A stretch of DNA of 64,000 nt from Patescibacteria group bacterium (lineage in GTDB: Bacteria > Patescibacteriota > JAQUNI01): NCBI GenBank assembly GCA_028717685.1, contig JAQUNI010000003.1, positions 64,311-128,310 on the forward strand, in the 5' to 3' direction. Every line of letters begins with the position of its first letter. Positions within the stretch are counted from its first letter, which is position 1. Both the position numbers and the translations under genes were made by a program. Shown one piece after another: positions 58,983-64,000 of this stretch. The notes beneath the pieces were generated by a model that did not search any database, was not told where the DNA came from, and was given only the letters and a program-made list of their open reading frames with translations.

Positions 58983-60236
58983 TTAATGTACCGCGCAGGT
59001 GATGCAGGGATCATAGGCGCGGATGAGCATTTTGATATCGTCTTCTTTTTTGTTATTCTCTAAAAATTTTTCCAGATCGTTTTCCAGATTCGCTAAGAAT
59101 TGAGCAGTGGGGGTAATAATATTGCAGTTTTTAATAAAACCCCTCGCATCGGTTTCATAATAATGAAAAAGAAGTCCGCGGGGTGCTTCAGTAACCCCCA
59201 ATCCCCTGCCCGCCTTCGTTTTGTATTTTTGTATTTTTTCCGTTTTGATTTTTAATTTTGAAATGATTTTGATTGTTTCTTCTGTCGCGTGAATTACTTC
59301 AATCATCTGGGCAAGAAGATTATAAAAGATATTATAGCAAGGGAGGGAAAATTCAGTGCGAGCGAGAGCTTTATGCGCGAATGGATTCAACTTTTTGTAA
59401 TTTAAATTGACGCGGCTTAATGCTCCTACAAGATAACTTTCGCCAACAATTTTGACTTTTTTGATTAAGTCCTCTGCCATTTCTTGCTTTTCGTTCGCCT
59501 TTCTCAAAAATATTCGGGGGGAGTAAGTTTTATTTTTAGGCAGTTTAATCTGACCATTATAAAGGGCATATTCTTGTTTATTAGACAAGGCGGCAAAAAC
59601 AGTTAAGCGTTGAAATTCTGGGAAGGTGAGATTATTTAAAAAGTCAAAAAGGTCATTGGCGGTTTCCAGATTTTTTTTCGCAGCATTTAAGATTTTATTA
59701 AGCATTTTTCCCGAGGGCAACTTGCGAAAGCCGCCGATGGCAGTAGTTGTCGGGTGGATGTTGCGGCCGCCGATTGCATTTAGAATGAGGTTGCCAAAGT
59801 CGCGGATTTGGATTGCTTCCTTCGCAGTTTTGGGATTGATTTTCACTAAAGCTAAATCGTTTTTTAAATTAAAAAAATCAGAGAGGGCTAAAAAATAGAT
59901 ATGCGTCATATGGCTTTGAATGAATTGACCGAACAGCATTAGTTTGCGCAGGGTTGTTGTTTGAGGGCTTGCTTTAACGCGTAAAGCATTCTCTATCGCT
60001 TTGATAGCAGTCAAATTATGGACAGTGGGACAAATGCCGCAGATTCGCGCCGTAATCCAAGGCGCTTCAGTGTATTTTCGTCCGATTAATATTCCTTCAA
60101 TAAGCCTCGCTCCTTCTTTGACCTCCAAACGCGCTTCGTGGATGAGACCATTTTCCAGCTTACCCACAAATCCCGCGTGACCTTCAATTTTGTTGATTGC
60201 GTTGATAGAAATGGTAATTTTTTTATTAGTTGGCAT
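58983..60236 (-). CDS. NiFe hydrogenase large subunit, group 3b-like
   Basis: KIEGH, ARICGICPTVH (L1), EAPRG, RAYDPCITCAVH-stop (L2). Confidence 0.93.
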   Translation of the reverse strand: MPTNKKITISINAINKIEGHAGFVGKLENGLIHEARLEVKEGARLIEGILIGRKYTEAPWITARICGICPTVHNLTAIKAIENALRVKASPQTTTLRKLMLFGQFIQSHMTHIYFLALSDFFNLKNDLALVKINPKTAKEAIQIRDFGNLILNAIGGRNIHPTTTAIGGFRKLPSGKMLNKILNAAKKNLETANDLFDFLNNLTFPEFQRLTVFAALSNKQEYALYNGQIKLPKNKTYSPRIFLRKANEKQEMAEDLIKKVKIVGESYLVGALSRVNLNYKKLNPFAHKALARTEFSLPCYNIFYNLLAQMIEVIHATEETIKIISKLKIKTEKIQKYKTKAGRGLGVTEAPRGLLFHYYETDARGFIKNCNIITPTAQFLANLENDLEKFLENNKKEDDIKMLIRAYDPCITCAVH

Positions 60237-60364
60237 TTTATCTATTTTACTAATAGAAAATTTTTGATTTTTAACTAATTTGTATTGACTTAATTTCTAT
60301 TGAAATAATCCAATAATCAATTAAAAATTAAATAAAAATTAAGAAGTAAAAATTAAAAATTAAC

Positions 60365-61090
60365 TTATTTGTTCCCAAAAATTTCCAGAACCCTTTCATA
60401 CTCTTTATTGCCTAAAAGTTCTTGCATCTTTTTTTCATTCGGTTCGTTTACCCTGCCGCGGCAGCCAGTGCAGGGCAGGTTACTTTTTAAGCAGATTGCT
60501 TCGCATCCGCCACGGATCATCGGTCCGAGACAGGGTTTGCCCTCTAGAAGCAGGCAGGGATAATTTTTAATTTGGCATTCATAGCAGACTGGACGGTCAG
60601 GCAGATGCGGTTTACTGCCAATCGCTACTTGCCTTAAGACTTCTAAAATTTCTTGATTGTTTGGCGGACAGCCGGGAATAATAAAATCCACGGGTACATA
60701 AGCAGAGAGGGGTTCTATTTTTCTATTATCAATTTTTTTTCCGGAAGACGGATAAACATATTTTAAGATTTTATCTTTATTGCCGTAATTTTTGATTTTT
60801 TGGATATTACCTAGATGAGCGCAGGCGCCTAGAGCGATCAAGGTTTTAGCTTGTTTACGCAGATTTTCCAGTTTTATTTTTTCTTCTTCCCTTGTGACCG
60901 TTCCTTCAATAAATGCAATATCAATGTCTATTTCACTATTAGCTTTTTTGTCCTCAATGAGATGGAAATCCACTAATTCAAAATCCTCCAAGACTTTAAA
61001 AAAAGTTTGGCCTAAATCTAAAATAGAGAAAAGGCAGCCATTACAAGAGGTGAGCGAAGTAATAATTAAAGTTTTTTTCTTTTTTTTCAT
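60365..61090 (-). CDS. NiFe hydrogenase small (delta) subunit
   Basis: LTSCNGC, IEG, GACA, PGCPP, VCYEC, CLGP...GC...C...CTGCRG. Confidence 0.92.
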   Translation of the reverse strand: MKKKKKTLIITSLTSCNGCLFSILDLGQTFFKVLEDFELVDFHLIEDKKANSEIDIDIAFIEGTVTREEEKIKLENLRKQAKTLIALGACAHLGNIQKIKNYGNKDKILKYVYPSSGKKIDNRKIEPLSAYVPVDFIIPGCPPNNQEILEVLRQVAIGSKPHLPDRPVCYECQIKNYPCLLLEGKPCLGPMIRGGCEAICLKSNLPCTGCRGRVNEPNEKKMQELLGNKEYERVLEIFGNK

Positions 61091-61863
61091 CGGGAAAAAG
61101 GAATACGTTTTTTAGAGTTGAGGTTAATTTTTATCTTTTGGCTTTGGTCCTGATGCTGATTTTTTTTAATAATGCAATGCGTTAAATCAAATGGGTACAT
61201 ACCGGGTTTGCCAAAATCAATGCGTGCAGGGATAGCTTTGCCAATTTTAGCCAAATATTCCAATCTCTCTTGTTTGGCTTTAAGTTTTTTTGAGAGAGAG
61301 ACCAGATTTGCATTGTTGGCGCAATCTATTGCCACCCCAAAGTGGTGGAAGATATTTTGACCTTTGATTACTTTTAAATCCGGCGGCACAAAAACGTTTT
61401 TAAAAATCGTTTTCTTGATGCCATATCGATATTCTAAATCTGCGACACGGTTTTTTTGCTGTTTTTTGATATTAACGAGTTTACAAAGGGTGAGAATATG
61501 GGCTAAGGCATAAGACGGAGAATAGATGTCCTCAATTTTGTTTTCAGCGATACCATCGGCGTGGTCTAGGGCAAAACATTCTAAAATATCTTCTTGGTCA
61601 ATCAAGATTTTATTACGTTTTTTTGCGTAGTAACTAATTGTATTAGGAAAGGCGGTAATAATGTAGCGAGAAAGTGTGGCAAGCTTAATTGGCTTATTTT
61701 TGATAAATTTTTTTAAATCAACGGTGCTGATGCAAAAGGGGTGCAAAAAAAGCCTGCTTACTTCATCAATTGCTTTTGGTGTACATTTTATTTTCTTAAA
61801 ATAAGGCAGGGTTTTTGCCCTTGCCATATTCAATTTTTGGATAAGATCGCCTTTTTTGGCCAT
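61087..61863 (-). CDS. Hypothetical protein in hydrogenase operon with HypC-like C-terminal motif
   Basis: KVIKGQNIFHHFGVAID resembles the HypC barrel end; start may be ATG 61827. Confidence 0.5.
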   Translation of the reverse strand: MAKKGDLIQKLNMARAKTLPYFKKIKCTPKAIDEVSRLFLHPFCISTVDLKKFIKNKPIKLATLSRYIITAFPNTISYYAKKRNKILIDQEDILECFALDHADGIAENKIEDIYSPSYALAHILTLCKLVNIKKQQKNRVADLEYRYGIKKTIFKNVFVPPDLKVIKGQNIFHHFGVAIDCANNANLVSLSKKLKAKQERLEYLAKIGKAIPARIDFGKPGMYPFDLTHCIIKKNQHQDQSQKIKINLNSKKRIPFSR

Positions 61864-62735
61864 AGTTTGTTTTGAAAGACCACAAGATAAAGCCCAAAAA
61901 TTAAAAGCAGAATTCCTGTTATTTTTAAAGGGATCACTTTTTCATTGATAAATATCAGAGAGAGAAGGGAAGTAAGGGGCGCGCCGAGGGTCATAATTGC
62001 GGCGGCAGTGAAAGCGGGAATGTATTTCAAGCCATTATAAAAAGTAGTCACATAACCAAAAAGAATGATGGCGCTAACCACTATCCAAAGATATTGCCAT
62101 AGGGAATAGCCGAGGGTGAAATGAAACCCGTTGTTTTTGACCAGGAGAAATAAAAAGATCAGAATTGCGCCGAAGAACATTCTACCCCAAGCAACCACGA
62201 AGCCTGAAAGATGGGTAAGAACTTTTTTGGCAAGCGCGATTTCAAAAGCCCACATTATCGCAGCTATTAAAATCAGAAGATCGCCGCGATTGAGGCTTTC
62301 CGGTTTATATTGAAAGTAGAAGATACTACCCAAAAGCATTATAAAGGCAGCGACTAGTTCATATTTGTTAATCTTTTTTTTCAGAAATAACCAAGAAATC
62401 GGCACAAGCCAAATAAATATTGTTTTGTGAAAGAAGCTTGCTTGCGCGGCTGAAGTGAGGGTTAAGCCCTTGAAGAAAAGGAGGAAGGGCACAGAGCCGC
62501 CTATAAAACCGATTAAGACCAAATTCCACCAATCCCTGCGGGTCAAATCCTTAAATTCCTTGAGCCGATAGATCAGAAAAAGCATAGCCGTTAATAATAT
62601 GGCAACCAGGAGATTTTTCGCGAAGGTAAAAAAGTAGGGCTCAATACCCGACGCCTCCCATTTATTCAGGAAGACGGAGAAACCAGAGATGATGCTTGTG
62701 GTTAAAATAAGAAGAATGCCTTTAGTGTATTTCAT
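61830..62735 (-). CDS. EamA/DMT family transporter
   Basis: 10 TM in two repeats, GGSVPFLLFFKGL, GDLLIL.A. Confidence 0.88.
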   Translation of the reverse strand: MKYTKGILLILTTSIISGFSVFLNKWEASGIEPYFFTFAKNLLVAILLTAMLFLIYRLKEFKDLTRRDWWNLVLIGFIGGSVPFLLFFKGLTLTSAAQASFFHKTIFIWLVPISWLFLKKKINKYELVAAFIMLLGSIFYFQYKPESLNRGDLLILIAAIMWAFEIALAKKVLTHLSGFVVAWGRMFFGAILIFLFLLVKNNGFHFTLGYSLWQYLWIVVSAIILFGYVTTFYNGLKYIPAFTAAAIMTLGAPLTSLLSLIFINEKVIPLKITGILLLIFGLYLVVFQNKLWPKKAILSKN

Positions 62736-62746
62736 AAGTTTATTGA

Positions 62747-62874
62747 AATCCTAAATCCTAAGCACCAAATCCTAAACAATATCTAAATCCAAAATTCAAA
62801 ACTGTTTGAATTTAGAGATTTGAATTTTGAATTTGTTTAGAATTTAGGATTTAGGATTTGGGATTTAGAATTTT
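62747..62874. repeat. Inverted heptamer array (AAATCCT)n...(AGGATTT)n overlapping the hypC 3' end
   Basis: Direct reading of the sequence. Confidence 0.88.
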
Positions 62875-63058
62875 GAAGATATCTATTTATATAATTCGCT
62901 TGTTTTGAGGAAATTTTAGCAATTACAAAGCCATTCTGTTCTAGAACCCAGTCCCCCATTTTCACGGAAACCAAGGAAGAATCAAGGATCTTGTCTTGGT
63001 TGCTGGTGGCTTTGTTTTTATTTAATTTTATGATTTGATGGGGAATGGCAAGGCACAT
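62837..63058 (-). CDS. hypC: HypC/HupF hydrogenase chaperone
   Basis: MCLAIP, VKMGDWVL..GF. Confidence 0.85.
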   Translation of the reverse strand: MCLAIPHQIIKLNKNKATSNQDKILDSSLVSVKMGDWVLEQNGFVIAKISSKQANYINRYLQNSKSQILNPKF

Positions 63059-63063
63059 AGAAA

Positions 63064-63207
63064 CAATTTTAAATTCTAAATTTTTAATTTTAAATCAAAT
63101 CTAAATTTTAAATTATTTAATTTTAACCCCCTTTTTCCCTTTGTTTTAAAATTTAAAATTAGGATTTTAAAATTGATTTAAAATTCAGAATTAAAAATTT
63201 GAAATTT
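63064..63207. repeat. Inverted AT-rich heptamer array
   Basis: (AATTTTA)n...(TAAAATT)n. Confidence 0.75.
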
Positions 63208-63891
63208 TTAAATAATGTTGGGTAAATCTTTAATCTCTGCCCAGGAGAATACCGGTCCTTCTTTACAGACGTATTTTCCGTTCGGGAGCGCGCAGTGTTG
63301 GCAGATGCCGACGCCGCAGTGCATGCGCCGTTCCAAAGAAAGATAAATCTCATCATCTTTAAACTTTAATCTTTTCAGCCTCTCCATAACGAATTTATAC
63401 ATTATCGGCGGTCCTACCACGAGAGCCAGAGCATGTTCAAGGGTTTTGTATTTATCAAATAAAGTGGTAATCACGCCAATATTTCCTTTCCATTGCAGCT
63501 GGCATTGATCCAGGGTTACTTTAACATCAATATCCTGCTTTTGCCAAGAAGGGAATTCCTTTTCAAAAATGCGGTATTCTTCGCATTTAGTACCATAGAA
63601 GAGCTGGACCTTTTTGTAAGTAGCGCGGCGATGTAGAATGCTTAAAATTACGGAACGTAAAGGGGCGAGACCAATGCCGCCGGCAATAATGAGCAAATTT
63701 TTATGTGCCAGTTTTTTCAAGGGAAAACCGCGTCCATAAGGTCCTCTCACGCCCACATAGTCGCCTTGATGCTTATGAAAGAGGGCAGAGGTGACAATAC
63801 CTTTTTCCTGAACCGTGATTTGAAATTGTTTGCTGTTGTATTGGCTGGAGCAAAAGGCGAAAGGCGCTTCACCCACTTTGGGAATGGAAAG
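63208..63891 (-). CDS. Hydrogenase gamma subunit (FAD/NAD-binding, 2Fe-2S), 5'-truncated
   Basis: LSIPKVGEAPF, RGPYGRGFP, AGGIGLAPLRS, ERRMHCGVGICQHC, VCKEGPVF. Confidence 0.88.
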   Translation of the reverse strand, partial: LSIPKVGEAPFAFCSSQYNSKQFQITVQEKGIVTSALFHKHQGDYVGVRGPYGRGFPLKKLAHKNLLIIAGGIGLAPLRSVILSILHRRATYKKVQLFYGTKCEEYRIFEKEFPSWQKQDIDVKVTLDQCQLQWKGNIGVITTLFDKYKTLEHALALVVGPPIMYKFVMERLKRLKFKDDEIYLSLERRMHCGVGICQHCALPNGKYVCKEGPVFSWAEIKDLPNII

Positions 63892-63895
63892 TTAG

Positions 63896-64000
63896 GATCA
63901 ATACGATAAAGCATTGGAAAATGTGGATAAAGCCATAGATTTGAATGGCAACGTGGCAAAATACTGGGCAAACAAAGGGCTGGTGCAAATCGCCCTGCAA
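63896..64000 (+). CDS. Internal fragment of a TPR protein
   Basis: Manual translation DQYDKALENVDKAIDLNGNVAKYWANKGLVQIALQ; no start codon. Confidence 0.72.

Noticed and set aside
63159-63356. 65-aa ORF ending FKNFKFLILNFKSILKS
   Set aside because: Alternative frame of the gamma gene running into a heptamer array
1-64000. tRNA, rRNA, integrase, transposase or prophage
   Set aside because: None recognised by eye; a tRNAscan/Rfam run is needed to exclude small RNAs

Overview
AT-rich bacterial window whose gene content and style suggest a Patescibacteria/CPR-type genome (inference: few Shine-Dalgarno sites, minimal group-3b hydrogenase, many palindromic and heptamer repeats). About 50 kb, mostly on the minus strand, is a large surface-glycan region. 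It holds GT-C enzymes with a polyprenol-P-sugar synthase, many GT2/GT4, Wzx, Wzy/WaaL and Wzz, and dTDP-Rha, CDP-6-deoxyhexose, dTDP-3-acetamido-sugar and UDP-GlcA/Xyl pathways. Embedded in it is a module of B12-dependent radical SAM enzymes with predicted B12 uptake genes plus MTA phosphorylase and APRT. The right end has htrA, valS, alr, ddl and a stripped-down NiFe hydrogenase cluster, cut by an abrupt junction at about 63892. The most striking signal is at 33020-33471: a TrpR-family HisR/YerC gene with two tandem 20-bp operators, whose own last codons (His-His-His) sit in a complete 1:2 / 2:3 / 3:4 attenuator. The downstream genes are not his genes but an uncharacterised LOG/SLOG protein and a phosphoribosyltransferase. 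Other highlights are YqeK-RmlD and Phd-like-RmlA fusions, a 68-bp rfbG duplication bracketing an inserted sugar cassette, and a foreign-looking three-gene envelope cassette. All family calls come from motif recognition by eye; no database search was run.
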